The translations under genes were made by a program, and so were the position numbers. A stretch of DNA of 64,000 nucleotides, from positions 43,712,001-43,776,000 of the forward strand of contig CP068257.2 in the NCBI GenBank assembly GCA_009914755.4, read 5' to 3'. This stretch comes from the human T2T-CHM13v2.0 reference genome, Homo sapiens. This document shows, in pieces, positions 35,336 through 52,589 of the stretch; the first letter of the stretch is position 1, and each line of letters begins with the position of its first letter. The notes under the pieces were generated by a model that was given only the letters and a program-made list of their open reading frames with translations, was not told the DNA's origin and did no database searches.

Positions 35336-37903
35336 AGGGGCAGGTGCTGGGCTGTCTAGGAGCAGTGACCAAGCACCCAGAGGAGCCCAACAAGGCCCAG
35401 CACATAAAACCAGCAGCAGAGGCCCAGGAGCCACTTAGCCAGAGAGACACCTGGTGTTCACCCCAGCACGCAGATGGGGAAAGGCTAAAGCACAAAGAAG
35501 CAACTGTGTACAGAGAGCTTCACCCCGAAATCAGAGACAGCCAAAGTCCGCCCAGAGAGGAACTGGTCGGAGTCCTGTCCAGGCCGAAAGGTGGTGGGTG
35601 GGTGCTTTAGGGGCCAGTGGGGAGCGAGGCCGAAGCTATCTCTGTGCAGCTGCCCCCTCACGCTGCTGTGGCCCCAGGGTTTGGTTCAGATGCTGAGTGT
35701 CCGGTGACTTCTAGACACTTCCTTTCCAGTCTCAGGGAACCCACCCCACAAAGCGCCTGCCCCAGGACCTGGGTGGCGCGTCTGTGTCTTCTCAGCATAT
35801 CCGGTTCTTGGAGCAGGGAGACGACCCAGATCCTGCTCTCTGGCTCCTGGCCCGCTGCCCCCAAGCTGTCACCAAGGCAGGTCATGGATGTTCCGTGTCA
35901 TGGCTGCGTGGGCCGTTCGACCACGGCCACACACGCATAGACTGAGGAAGACAGAGCAAGGGGCTGATCGCTGCCAAGCAGTGGATGCCAGTGCACCGTG
36001 ACAAGGAGCCCAGAGCCTTTGGTGGGCGCCTGACTGTGTCTTCAAGTTCCCGGGATCTGTGTGGACAGCTGCCATCCCAGTCGGCCCTTTCTTGGTTTTC
36101 TTGGTTTTCAGAGAAGGGGCGAAGAATAAGGGGGCAGCGTCTTCTCCACCAGAAGACACACCTGCAAAGCTCCATGAAGGCAGGCGCTGGCTGAGGAGGA
36201 AGAAGGAAACAGGTCTCTCAGGAGCCTCTGCCCTTGCAGCCAGGGATGGGCAGGAGGCCAGTGCCTGGTAGGGAGCAGCCTGCGGGTTCAGCTCAGGTGT
36301 AAACAGCATGGTCAGCTGGAAAATGGTCCCCAAATACGCCAGGTCTCAATCCCTGTGGTGCTTGAATGTGACCTTATGTGGCAAATGTGTCTTTGGGGAT
36401 GGGATTGAGTTAGGATCCCGGGATGGGGGTGATCAACTGGGGTCATCCGGGTGGGCCCCAGGTGGCATTGCAAGGTTCGCACAAGACGGAGACTTGACAT
36501 GGAGGAAACCATGGACCACGGAGGCAGAGAGCACCATGAAGAGGCTGTCCACGAAGGTCAGAGCGATGCGGCCGCAAGCCAAGGAGTGCACGGCCGCTGG
36601 GAGCCAAGAGAAGCCAGCAGGACCTTCTCCGGGGCCTCAGAGGGGCCCCTTGGCCTAGTGATGCTGGTTTCAGACTCCTGCCCTCCAGACCGTGAGCATG
36701 CGTTTCCGTTGTTTAAAATCACCAAGGCTGTGGCCATTTGTCACAGCAACCCCAGGAAGTCCACAGAATGGGAAAGGAGACGGGAGAGGAGGATGGCTGG
36801 GCTCAGCTGTCAGGCTGGGCTGTGCGGGGCTCCCTTGGGTGGTGGGGAGGAGCCTCTGAAAGGGAGCTCAGGGAGGGGCTGCCCATGGAGAAAGCACTGG
36901 GTGGAGAAGCTGTCGGTCAATTATCTGGTGATTGCACCTGCCTGTTGCCAGTCACAGTCTTCCTCCAGGAGGGGTCACCGACCACGGGCCACATCCACTC
37001 CTCTCTGCTGCAGGAATCCTGTCCCTGCTAAAGCTGATCCTGGCTTTATCTGCCCTTTGCAGAGGTGTGGGGCTTTGGCCCTCCACTGGGCACCGCACAG
37101 CGTGGGAGCCCCCTCCCCCTGGCCCCTGCGGTGGGGTCGGCTGAAGCACTGGGCTGGTCACTCGGTGGAAAAGGACACAAGTTCCCCTTGGGGCCCAGAG
37201 GCTGCACATCCGTCCTTCCAGGACTGGGCCTAAGGAATTAAATGGCTGTGAAAACAGGGGCACTGTGAGCCCCAGAGTCGGGCCATGTCATCTGAGGATG
37301 ATGGTGGCAACAGCAAAGCTCCAGATGTGGACACAGTCCCTTCACCTACCGGGGCTGCACTTCCTCCGGTGCCACAGCCAGGCCAGGCGCCCTCCCTGAG
37401 GGAATCCGCGGGTCCCGACGGCCTCTGGGGTGAGACACTGGGACGTGCCTGCAGAGCAGCAAACACTCTCTGGGCCTCACACCCTCTTCCCGGCTGCACA
37501 GCGGCACCCCCAGGGGCCTGCCCCTGCTCAAAGCCAGCCCCACCGCCCAAGGTCTGGACCTGCCTGCCCTGCAGGTGGGGCTCAACTTCCTCGGGTTTTC
37601 TGCTCCCAGGTGATTTTCCTCCCTGCAGCCAGGGCTGAGCACCTCGGCCAAGTGGCTCTTTGCTTTAAGAAGAGAGGGAATCTCCCAGCCGCCAGCCCAT
37701 TGAGGCTCCCTGCACAGGACGGGACTCAGCGCCGCGGCGGTGGCATGGCCGTGCCGGGCTGTGCTGTGACCTGAGGCCTCGTCCGTGATGACCACGTCCT
37801 CGCAGAGCCTGGGGGCAGGGCCGGGGGGTGGTCAGATGCGGTGGAGCCTGTGCCCTGTGCATGACCGAAGCCACAAGCATCAAAACAGCTACATTCATGC
37901 TGA

Positions 37904-38213
<310 letters not shown>

Positions 38214-39679
38214 AAAATTTCTAGGTGAAATAATAAAATAAAATAAAAATAGTGGTCGGAAATCTGTCTCCTGAGACAGAAGTGTCTGATTTTCTATAAC
38301 TCAGTTAAAAGTGGTGCCAATAGAAACGCAGTTACGACGTCAATACCGGAAGGCCAGGAATGCCGCGTGGTGAAGAAAGTGGGTCCAGAGGCCCTCCCTG
38401 ACCTTGGTGTGCTCGGCCTGGACATGCCTGTCACTGTTGATGAACAGCAGGTGCAGATGTGTGTGCCGCCCTGACTGGGGTCTCGGGGAGGCGCGGCGCC
38501 GTCCCACTGCCTAGAACCGGCTGGTGTGTGTTTTTGTTTATCTGCCCACAGCTCCTGGTTGAACAAATTCTCTGGTTTCATTTTTCCCATAACAAAATGA
38601 GCTTTCTCAGTAATGACAAAAGAAAACTTATGTTCTGAGGCACGGAAGCCTCCATAAAGGAGGGGAAAGTGCCCCTTATATTCCAGGGCACCCTTCAGTG
38701 GCCTGGAGGAGCCCTGCCTCCCTGGAGCCGTGCGCTAGGTCGGGCTGTGTGGCTGGGGCAGGCGTGCTTCCCATCCACCCAGCTCCAGCAGCTCCAGCTC
38801 CTGCAGGACGCACATCTGGCCCCATCTGCATTCTCTCACCAAAGCCTTCCACCAGAACCTCCCACCCACTCTGGAGCCCCTTCTCTCCACTGCCAGAGCC
38901 AAGGAGGCGGCCGCAGGAGTCATTCTGGGGGTCAGAAGCTGACCTCTGCTCTATTCCCTCTATTCCTTCGGGGATTTTGTGACCATGGCCAAGTCATGGT
39001 GGCAGGACCTCAGCTCCCCTGTGTGCACCTGGGGTTGGCGTCATAGACCGTCTCCATGGCCTGCCAGCCCCAGTAGGTTTGTAACTGCATCTGAGGCCAC
39101 TCGTGGCTTGATAAAGAAGAAAGAGACAGGCCGAGGGAGGGAGGTGGAGGTGAGGGTGGCGATGAGATGCGTTGGGGAGATGCAGAAGGAGCTAGAGAGG
39201 GAGGTAGTGAGGGGGAGTGGAGCAGGGCAGAAGCTGGGCAGATCCACCCAGCCCAGCACCCCTGCCCAAGGGAGTGCGGGAGCCTGGGTGGGGAAGAAGT
39301 GTGGGAGGAACAGGGGAGACCCTGACTTCATGCCGCTCGCAGGCAGGGCCCTCCCTGTTGGTGAGGGGGTGCTTTTAGGCAGGTGTTCCTGGTCGGGGGA
39401 GGCCAGTCTAGATCAGAAGAGCAGGCTTGACCCCTCCTTGGCCTTTAGCAGTGCCTTGAGGCCGAGTGAGGGTCCTAGGCTGGTGGACGTGGCTCTCAAG
39501 AGGCCTGTGGACTGATTCCACCACACGTGGCTGCCTCTCCGTGAGCCGCACGGGCAGCGTGCTAGGCCTGCGTGCCTCGCCGGAGGGAGGGCTGAGTCGC
39601 ACTGGCTGGGACATGGGAAACACGCCACCCAGCCACGCCAACTCCGAGGCAGACGAATGCCACTTTCTGCATGATATTT

Positions 39680-39985
39680 CCCCCAGATGTCCGCATCTTT
39701 CCCCCAGATGTCATCAGTGCCTGCTTCCCTCCCTGTGGAGGGCTCTGAGGGCCGACCCCCAAAGTCCATCTTTCCCCCAGATGTCATCAGTGCCTGCTTC
39801 CCTCCTTGTGGAGGGCTCTGACGGCCGACCCCCAAAGTCCATCTTTCCCCCAGATGTCATCAGTGCCTGCTTCCCTCCCTGTGGAGGGCTCTGAGGGCCG
39901 ACCCCCAAAGTCCATCTTTCCCCCAGATGTCATCAGTACCTGCTTCCCTCCTTGTGGAGGGCTCTGACGGCCGACCCCAGGGTGG
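39680..39985. repeat. 73-bp minisatellite, ~4.2 copies
   Basis: The unit cccccagatgtcatcagt(g/a)cctgcttccctcc(c/t)tgtggagggctctga(g/c)ggccgacccccaaagtccatcttt recurs with cccccag at 39701, 39774, 39847 and 39920. Confidence 0.9.
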
Positions 39986-40460
39986 GAGAGGGCCAGCCCC
40001 CCAGCAGCAGGAGCAGTTTAAACTGCGGGTAAGTGTGCTCCAGGGGCCCTGGTTCTGCAGAGCCACACGCCGAGGCTCCTGAGCTATGTGAGGAATCCAG
40101 GGTGCAGCTCACTGCGTGTCGCCCAACTGCCCTGGGAACCGGCACTGCAGGGTCAGGTGCATCCCTTTCCATGTGAGCTCCTGGCCAGCCCAGGCAGACA
40201 GGGGAGGCCACACAGCTTCCAGGCAGGCAGCGGCTGGGCCTGAGCTGGCCCATACCTGCCGGGCTCCTGTCCCACCGGCTGTGTCCAGCCAGCCAGGGCT
40301 GGGGACATACACACCTGAGCTGCTCTCAGGAGCACTTTTACTGGAACCTCGAGGAACCTCAACCTCCTTGTTTCTAGGTTGCAGCTCCATTACGTGCTCT
40401 GCAAGTGAAAGATGCTGAGGTGGACACTAACGTCGGGAGGGAAGCCTAAACATTGACGTC

Positions 40461-40565
40461 ATCTGTGCAAAAAGTCAGGAGCATCCACAGGTCCACTCTG
40501 TCCCGGACACGTTCTCAAAGTCAGGAGCATCCACAGATCCACTCTGTCCCGGACACGCTCTCACG
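40461..40565. repeat. 46-bp tandem duplication, ~2.2 copies
   Basis: The unit aaagtcaggagcatccacag(g/a)tccactctgtcccggacacg(t/c)tctc appears twice. Confidence 0.7.
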
Positions 40566-42499
40566 CTCTCTCCGGTTTGACTTTGCAATAACACAGCCCA
40601 CGAGGGTCACCGTGACCTTGAAACAGTCCTGGCTACTTTAAAATTAGCTGCCCCTAGGAGCATGGAAGATGATTCATCCCGTGACAAATCTTGCCTTATG
40701 TCTCTTTTAAACACACACATCTGGGTATCAGGCAGCCTCACGGGGGCAGCTTGGTTGTGCTGGAACTCAGCCTCATTGACTCCGGTTTCATGTGCACAGA
40801 AACTGACTTTGAAACTTGCAGGAAGAGGCTGTCCTGGAAGAAGCTGCAGCCTGCAGAGACGGCCCTGGGCTTCCTGCATCGCTCCCTTCCTGCCACGGGG
40901 CTGTGCCAGGAGCTTCCATGCAGCTCTCACACACAAGGCAGGTCCCCAGCTGGCTCTCTGCAGAGCCTGACCTGAGGCACCCATTCGATGAGAGCAGGTT
41001 CTCTCAGTGTAGAACCCAGACCAGCAGAAGCCGCATCACGGGGACGCTTCAGAGACGCACTGCTCAGCCCAGAACTGCCAGGCCTGGCAGCCGGGGTGCG
41101 GGGACCCTGGGACCCTGATGTTGTGTGAGTTCAGGAAAAACAGCGTTGCCTTCCTGAATGCTGTTCCATTTACTTCTAGCTCCTACGTGTTTCTTCAAGT
41201 AAAACACAGTCGAGCCTCATTATTCATGGGCAAATTTGCCTACTTACTGGCATTTACCCTAACCCAGATTCAATACTCAGGGCACCTCCACGGTCATTGG
41301 TGGACGTCACAGCGTCACAGCAATGAGACGTGAGTTTCCTGACACGGTGTCTGGGCGGGGGCAGAACGAGCCATGCTTTGGTGTCTCGTTTGTGTGTGCG
41401 TGAGTGTGTGAATGTGGGAGTATGTGAGTGTGTGTTCATGTGTGTGTTCGTAAGCGTGTTCTCACCTCAACACTAACAACCCTGACTGGCATGTGATGGC
41501 AGCCTCATGGGGCTCCAAGCCCATGTGTATGGGCTCCCTGTCTGTGCTGGAAGGTTCTACAGCAAAAATCAGCCCCTGCTCACCAGAGGCAAACTGAGCA
41601 TGAAAGGAAATGAAAGACGTGAACTTTAATGCCTCTCATGTGCCGGGAGAACGAGGTCACACAGCAAATCACGGCTCTTGGGAATCAGGATGTGTTTGAA
41701 AACTTCAGGGGCTCTGAGCCCTCATGAACCCAACTGATGGGCAAGCAGCCCAGGCCCAGGCTGGAGATGGGGATGGGGCTGGCCATGGTCCCTGCCAGGA
41801 GCTGGAAGCCACTCCCGCCCCTCCTGCTCTCTCCATGTCCACTGGACACTGTCCCTGGTCCTGGGAGAAGAGGGAAGGCCTCTCAGCCTCCACTGGAGGG
41901 ACTGCTGGGCGAGCCTGATCTACACCACAGCACTCCCCACCACAGGAGCGACTTCACTGACCCCAAGGGGGACACTTCCCTTAAAAGGATCATCCCACAC
42001 TGACCCTTGTCTTGGGAATCCCAAGTCGGAGGTCACGTCAGAGGCAGGAATCCAGGCTCAGGGACATCTGCCCTGTCCCCAGAGGTCTTTGTTGTCCGAA
42101 GCCCTGCATTCTCTGGCTCTAAGGAATTCTGAAGCTATTTTGGACACTGCAGCCCTTCCCAGGGTGGCCAGAAGAGGACAGGCAGGCTTGCTTGGGGTGG
42201 GAGGAAGCCGTGGTCCACACTGGAGCATAGAAACCAGCCCTGTAAGCCACCCTGCTGGCCTCACAGGTTGTAGGGAGCAAAGGCCGTGTTGAAGCCCAGG
42301 AGCCCCTCAGGAAGGAAACCCCTCAGACTAGGGAACATGGGGAGTGGGCAGCCACTCCTCCCCACCCTCAGGCCCATAAGCTGCACTCCCCACAGTCCCC
42401 AGGTTCATCCACAGGGAGGCCCCAGCAGGAAGGCAGGGCCAGGGCGCAGGGCGAGGTCGGGGGAATGGACTCCCCTGGGTTTCTCCCTGCCGATCGCTG

Positions 42500-43015
42500 T
42501 AGTGGTTGAGTCCTCCACTGAGCACAGCCACTCCTGTAGGCTTACCCCGCTGCAGCTCGCTCTCGGATCCTAATAAACAAGTGAGTCCTCCACTGAGCAC
42601 GGCCACTCCTGTAGGCTCACCCCACTGGAGCTCACTCTCGGACTCTAATAAACAAGTGAGTCCTCCACTGAGCACGGCCACTCCTGTAGGCTCACCCCAC
42701 TGGAGCTCACTCTCGGACTCTAATAAACAAGTGAGTCCTCCACTGAGCACGGCCACTCCTGTAGGCTCACCCCACTGGAGCTCGCTCTCGGACTCTAATA
42801 AACAAGTGAGTCCTCCACTGAGCACGGCCACTCCTGTAGGCTCACCCCACTGGAGCTCGCTCTCGGACTCTAATAAACAAGTGAGTCCTCCACTGAGCAC
42901 GGCCACTCCTGTAGCCTCGCCCTGCTGAACCACTCCTGTAGGCTCACCCCCACTGGACCACTACTGTAGGCTCACCCTGCTGGAGCACCCTCTCGGACTC
43001 TAATAAATGAGTTAG
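42500..43015. repeat. 75-bp tandem array, ~6.8 copies, each unit containing AATAAA
   Basis: The unit ctctcggactctaataaacaagtgagtcctccactgagcacggccactcctgtaggctcaccccactggagctc(a/g) recurs with ctaataaacaag at 42571, 42645, 42720 and so on. The flanks are degenerate. Confidence 0.9.
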
Positions 43016-43209
43016 TAGCCCTGGGCACTGTACGTCCTGTGTTGAGTTCCACAAACCCTGCCTTTGCCTTTGTAAATCATCTCCTTTTTAAAGTCTTCAC
43101 AGAGTATCAATTCTGACTATGCCCTCTGCTTCTTTGTGTGTCATGTTTTTGAAATCTTTTCCAAACACACCCTCTAAAAGAGAGCCACTTACCATTTTTT
43201 TCTTCTCTT

Positions 43210-43508
<299 letters not shown>

Positions 43509-45337
43509 ACATTTTCTAACTAGAATTTACGGTTTTGTTTTTGACATTTAAATCCTTAATCCACTGGGAGTTACTTTCATCTTTTTCCATATGGACAACT
43601 ATTTTTTTCTAGCTCTACTGATTGATAGGTTTCCCCTGTTTCCACCAACCTGCAAAGCCATTGGTTCCACCCACACAAAAATTTGTTCCTGAGTTCTCTG
43701 TCCAATCCTGGTGCCCGTCTGTTTTTCCAGGCAAAAATCTCACATCACTTCCACTGCTATAATTTCTTAACAATCCCAACATGTGGTGGAAAAATCTCCC
43801 TCCCTCTTCAGAAGTGTCCTAGCTATTCCTGTTTTTTTAGTCTTCCATATGCATTTTAGAATAATCACATCAATTCTCACGGAACACCTTTTTGGGATTT
43901 TGTTTGGACGTCCCCCAACCCCTGTCCCTGCCTGGCCATGCTGGGGAGACGCCCACCTTCTCCAGGGGCTTCGCCGTAAGGGACAGGCCTGACACCAGGA
44001 TTCTCCAAGAACTGCCTGCGTCTCTTCCTGCTGAGCACTCACCTCACCGAAACCACAACAGGTAACGAACTCGGCCGCTGGTTCCTGCCCCGGGTCTCGC
44101 CAGTGGGGGCCCAGTGCTTCTGTTCACCAGCACCAGGGGCCTGGCCCACATCCCAGACAGCAAGGTGGGAGGACACAGAGGGGCTCTGCCTGCAGAGGCC
44201 TTCCAAACCCTGCCCACCTGTGCCCCCCGGGTGGGCTGGCCAGGTCCCCTCCACTCATTCCACAGCCCGCAGCAGGTGACTTCGGGCTGGCAGCTGGTTG
44301 GGGAGGCTGCCTTTTTACCGTGCCCTGAGTGAGTTAAGGCTGAAGGCTGCTGCCCGGGGATCTCTGCGCCGACTTGCAGCAGCACACAGAGGGCTCCGTG
44401 TGGCTCTAAGGTGGGCAGGGAGAGCCAGTGGCAAGCTCAGAAGACTTCCAGAACCGCCGGCCCGTGGCAGCGGGAGTCGGCTGCGAGGCTGTCCCAAGGC
44501 CGGGTGTCCTGCAGGGCTGGGCAAAGGGCACGCTGGCCTCTGCCTCCCCTCACGGGGCCGGGCAACACCCTGGATCTTTCCCTTTTCCTTCATTTACAGA
44601 AACCCCTTGAGGGAGGCGAAGGTGGAGAGAAGAGCCAGACAGGAGACAGGAAAAGGGGAGGCAGATGGCGGGGGCGGGGGCAGGACAGGAGCTCAGAGGG
44701 AAGAGGGGGACCACCGTGGGGAGGGCAGGACGGAGAGGAGAGGGGCTGGGTGGGTGGGGCTGCAGCGTGAGGCCCCCACGACCACTGCCTTCCCAGGCTC
44801 GCCCCCCAGCCCCTTCACCTGCGTCCTGGACGTGACAGTCCTAGCTCTTCCCACCCCGGCCCTCCCAGCACCCCCAGGCCTCCTCCCACAAGTTGAGGGG
44901 CCAGAAACGCCACGTGTCCCCTTCACCGGCACCTGAAGGCAGAGCAGGGGAGTTGGGTCTGGACGAGCCTCTTCACTGAGAACATCCCCAGAAAGCTCAA
45001 CTTCATCGTAAAAATTCATCCACATTTGTAGTCCTGGTCTTAAGGTTTTTTATTGACTTTGCTTACCGTAAGATACACCACGCATCCACAAGTGTGTGTG
45101 TGATGTGTTTGCGTGGTTTACAGAATAACATAAAAACCATCCGAAACACACCACTGTCCACAAGCTGAGTCTGAGGCCAGGCTCCCAGGCAAGGAGGTGG
45201 TCCCTGGTGGCACGGGCAGGGTGCGTGGAGACGGGGACCCAGAGGATGCACGGGAAAAACATGCCTTTATGGTTCAGTTACCTCCCACCGGGTCCCTCCC
45301 ACAACATGCGGGGATTATGGGAGGCACAATTCGAGAT

Positions 45338-45480
45338 GAGATTCGGGTGGGGACAAACCACATCACCTGGCTACCTACTACTGTACCACGCATACCCGGC
45401 CAAGATGAGATTCGGGTGGGGACACAGCCAAGCCACATCACCTGGCTACCTACTACTGTACCACGCATACCCGGCCAGGG
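45338..45480. repeat. ~65-bp tandem duplication, 2 copies
   Basis: The stretch gagattcgggtggggaca(aa/cagccaagc)cacatcacctggctacctactactgtaccacgcatacccggcca appears twice. Confidence 0.7.
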
Positions 45481-47547
45481 AAACCCCCACCCGAGGGTGC
45501 AGACTGAACTAACTAGTGCTTGAACTGTCATGAATCATGTTTATTGACAGAGAATTGGCATACAACAAGCTGCACATCAGTGTCCATTTGACATGAGTTG
45601 ACATCTGTGTGTACCCACGAATCCACTGCCACCATACAGGCAGTGAACAGACCCACTTCTCAGGGTTCCTTGTGTCCTCTGTCCTGTCCTCCACAGCCAC
45701 TCCCAGTCCCGACCCCAGGCAACCATTGATCTATTTTCTGTCACATAGGTTGGTTTGCATTTGCTGGAATCTTACGTGAACACAATCCTGCAGTTCACAC
45801 CTTTTGGTCTGGCTTCTTTTCCTTGGCACAAGCTCTGTGCTGTTTGCCTGTGTTGTGGCCCACACTGAGTTCACTGCGTTCTACTCCTGAGTGCCCTCCG
45901 TGGGAGAGGAGCTCCGGGCTGGCTGATACACTCGCCTCCTGACAGGAGCTTGCTTTGCCTCCAGTTTGCAGCCCTCACAAACAAGGCCGCTATGAACATG
46001 TGGCTTCAGGTCTTGATGCGGATGACTGAGGACCTGAATATCTGGATCACGAGACAGGTGTGTGTTTAACTTTTTAGCAAGCGGCAAAACTGTTTTTCAG
46101 AAGGGTCGTCCTACTGCGGAAGTGAGTGGCCTTCCCTGAGTTTCCAGTCGGTGCTGGGAGTTCCCTGAGTTTCCGCACTCAGGGCCGGGAGTTCTAGCTG
46201 CTCCACACCTTTGACGACTCTTGCTACAGTCGGTCTTGTAAATTGTAACCTTTCCAGGGCCCCAGGATGAGAGAGTCTTTCGTTCCCCTTTTCACAGATG
46301 AGGAAACAGAGTCACAGAGAGGCTGAGGAATGTTCCCGAAGTCACAAACCCGGCGAGTCCTGGAGTCAGGCCTCGAGCTCTGAGCCGGGCGGAAACTCAG
46401 TGGGGGTCTCCGGAAAAGGCCTGAGCCACAGGCGCCACTCCCTACGGCTGAGGCTACAAAGCCTGCGGCACCCCCACAGCTGCTCCACAAATGGCTCCCA
46501 GAAGTGCTGACTCCCCGGTCCTTAATGGTTGGAGGCCCTGAAGTCGGAGGCCTGGTCTGAGCCGCCTCCGAGGAGGCAGAGCCCCTGCGTCCAGGTGGGG
46601 GCTGCTGGGCCTGTGGGCAGAGGGGGTGTCATGGGGCCCATGGGTGAGGAGCCACTGCCATGGGAAGGAGGCCGCCTGGCCGCTGGGTCACCCTCACGCT
46701 CACAGTGAGCTGGGCTTTGTCTTGCCTAGAGGAACAGGAAAAGGAGCTGTGTTGGTTTCCAGTCACAGTGTGGGGAGAGAAGCCCATGAAATCCCCTGGA
46801 TATGGCTCACAGAGCCAAGAGTAAGTTGCAAAAAGGTGCAGTGCCTGGGCCCCATGGCTGAGTCCTTACTCGCATGCTTGCCAGCGCATTGCTCCCGGCA
46901 CGAGGCCGCCCGCCTGCAGCAGGCCCGCAGGGGCACGGTGGGTCTCCGCCCGCTCCTCATGCCTTGAGCGCGTCATCCTTCCCGGGGTTCACGGCCTCTG
47001 ACAGCCAGACCTCAACACGGCCAGCACGGTGTGCATGGTGTGCACGCCTCCTGCGCCGGGGCCACCAGAGTGGGCTCTCACCGGAGGAGAAAGACAGTCG
47101 GGGAGAGCAGCGCTGTCTGTCACGCTTTGTCACGCTTTGCCGGTGTCATCTGAGAAGTGGTGCAGGGGACAAGGGGGGCGTGACAGGACTGGTCCTGCGG
47201 TAGAGACCCTCTGGGGTGGTGTTCCTGGAACTCTCCCGAAGCCTCTCTTGTTGACATGCATGCCCCACTGAGGAGGGCACACAGCAGAGCTGAGTTATAC
47301 CCACACCCTGCAATCAAACATGCCCCACATCACACCTGGAGTCACGCAGACCCCAGGCAGCCTGCACAAAATGCCAAACAAGAAAAAACTGCAAGAAAAC
47401 CACCGCCACACGCCTTTCTAGAACATGCAACCTAAGGATCAAATCCCACAACCAAAGGTGCACAGAGAGGTGTTGGGGAGAGGACAAGGGCAGCCTCCAC
47501 ACTAGAGGACAGAGTGGGGCTGGCATGGCAGCCGCAGGGACACAGCA

Positions 47548-47795
47548 GGCTGTGGGGCCGGGGGCTGAGCCTGGGTGGCAGCCGGCTGTGGGGCCGGGGG
47601 CTGAGCCTGGGTGGCAGCCGGCTGTGGGGCCAGGGGCTGAGCCTGGGTGGCAGCCGGCTGTGGGGCCGGGGGCTGAGCCTGGGTGTCAGTCGGCTGTGGG
47701 GTCGGGGGCTGAGCCGGGGTCACAGTCGGCTGTGGGGTCGGGGGCTGAGCCTGGGTCGCAGTCGGCTGTGGGGTCGGGGGCTGAGCAGGCACTCT
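47548..47795. repeat. 36-bp CpG-containing minisatellite, ~7 copies
   Basis: The unit ggctgtggggccgggggctgagcctgggtggcagcc has a period of 36 (starts at 47548 and 47584). The later copies are variants, gtcggctgtggggtcgggggctgagcc(g/t)gggtc(a/g)ca. Confidence 0.9.
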
Positions 47796-48892
47796 TAGGC
47801 CGTCTACCTCCGAACCCAGCTCTTCCCTTGTGGCCATGCAGGCTTGGGGAAAATGGCCTCCTCTCTGTGAACCCGGTCTCTGAAATGGGATCAGACCCCG
47901 GCCTACACTCTCTCTACCTCGGCTCCTGTCCGATTTCTGAGGTTCAGTGGATTGTCAGGTTGGATCCCCCCAGCTGGTTCAGGAGGCAAACACTGTTATT
48001 ACTGCCATTTTTCAGATGAGAACCAGCTCATGAGATCAGAGGGGCGAGCATCTGCCAAGGTCCTCCCTGGCAAGTGGACATGGGCCAGGCAGGACGGCTG
48101 CAGAAGCTGAGTGTGCCTCTCCCGCTTCACCACCCCTCGGTGTGAACTCCCTATCTATGAATTTAGAGGATGTCCTGGGTGGGTTCCCTGGAGACTCGAG
48201 CCTGAGGAAAGGGTTAAGTGCAAGAGCTTCGTGGGGACTGTGATCCAGGGAGCAGGCGGAGAGCAGAGCAGGGGACAGGCAGGGTGATGACGAGATGGAG
48301 CCCTGAGCTGACCGGCCTGGGGACCACTGGGTGTCCCATCCTCTTTCTAACATCGAAAGCTCTGCTCTTCACCCTTGGGCTTCACTGAGGGAACGAAGGG
48401 GCGCTCACGTTTATGGAGACTCTTTCCAATCCCTTGGTAGAAGTTTATCCTTTTGATGAAGTTGTTTGCGCACCTTTCAAGGCTCACTGCGGGCATTTCA
48501 TGTTTCGTGACTATCGTGAAGACATTTTTTCTATCATACTATATTAGTTATTGTTGATGTATAAGAAAACTATTGGTTTGTTTTGATGTTCACCTTGCCC
48601 ATGCCCATCATCCCCAACTTTTATTTATTCTGATACCTTTGCAGAGTTCTGACTGATTTCTCTTGGAATTTCTAGAGGGACAACGCTGTCATCTGCAAAT
48701 AACTCAACATGCTTATTCTCCATCTCATTCCTTATCTGATCACATCATCTAGGATCTCGAGAAGTATCAAGTGTTTATTCTTATCAAATTTTATCATTTT
48801 CTTTTTGGTGATTTTAAAAGGAATGCAAAATATTTCACAATCTATTTTCAATATTTGGGAGATGACTTTTATGAAGTTAAGAATGCATGCTG

Positions 48893-49200
48893 GCCAGGCA
48901 CGGTGGCTCACACCTATAATCCCAGCATTTTGGGAGGCTGAGGTGGGCAGGTCACTCGAGCCCAGGAGTTCAAGACCAGCCTGGGCAGCATGGAGAAACC
49001 CTATCTCTACAAAAAATACAAAAATTAGCTGGGCATGGTGGCACGTGCCTGTAGTCCCAGCTACTCAGGAGGCTGAGGCAAGAGGATTGCTTGGGCCCAG
49101 GAATTCAAGGTTGCAGTGAGCCATGATTACAGCATCGCACTCCAGCCTGGGTGACAGTGAGACCCTATCTCAAAAAAGAAAAGAAAAGGAAGAAAAGAAA
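48893..49200 (+). mobile_element. Alu SINE, sense
   Basis: The sequence runs ggccaggcacggtggctcacacctataatcccagcattttgggaggctgaggtgggcaggtcactcgagcccaggagttcaagaccagcctggg ... gcatcgcactccagcctgggtgacagtgagaccctatctcaaaaaagaaaagaaaag. Confidence 0.9.
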
Positions 49201-49494
49201 GCATGCTTTGCCCCATAGCAAAAGAGTTTTTATCATCAAGTGTTGAATTTTATTGAACATCTTGGAATTTATTGATGCATCCCATGGCTTTCTGTTCTGA
49301 TAAAGCAGTGACTTGTGGTCGCTGATGTCCTAATATTGACCCATCTTTATATTTCTGAATGTGATGGGATTCTGAGCCTCTGTATTTCTAGGGGAGACTA
49401 GTCTCTGTGTGATGTATGACGAATCAGAAAATTCATTCCTTATCTGATCACATCATCTAGGATCTCAAGAAGTATCAAATGTTTATTCTTATGA

Positions 49495-52030
<2,536 letters not shown>

Positions 52031-52034
52031 CCCT

Positions 52035-52200
52035 TTTTATTTTTTAAGAGACAGGGTCTCACTCTGTCACCCTGGCTGGAGTGCAGTGGCGTGATCATAG
52101 CTCTCTGTAACCTTGAACTCCTGGGCTCAGACAATCGTCCCGCCTTGGCCTCCCAAAGTTCTGGTATTGCTGGCGTGAGACTCTGAGCCTGGCCCATCTT
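52035..52200 (-). mobile_element. Internally deleted or monomer-like Alu, antisense, nested in L1
   Basis: A poly-T run leads gagacagggtctcactctgtcaccctggctggagtgcagtggcgtgatcatagctc ... ggcctcccaaagttctggtattgctggcgtgagactctgagcctggccc. Confidence 0.7.
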
Positions 52201-52291
52201 TTTAATATCTGTAGGATCTTTCTTTCTTCTATTTTTTCATTCTTGATATTGGAAATTTACATCAGTACCCTTTAAAAAAAAATCAGTCTGG

Positions 52292-52585
<294 letters not shown>

Positions 52586-52589
52586 AGTC

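Noticed and set aside
42328-42933. 201-aa minus-strand ORF with a 25-aa periodic repeat
   Set aside because: It is generated by the 75-bp tandem array, since 75 is divisible by 3 and the unit is stop-free in that frame.
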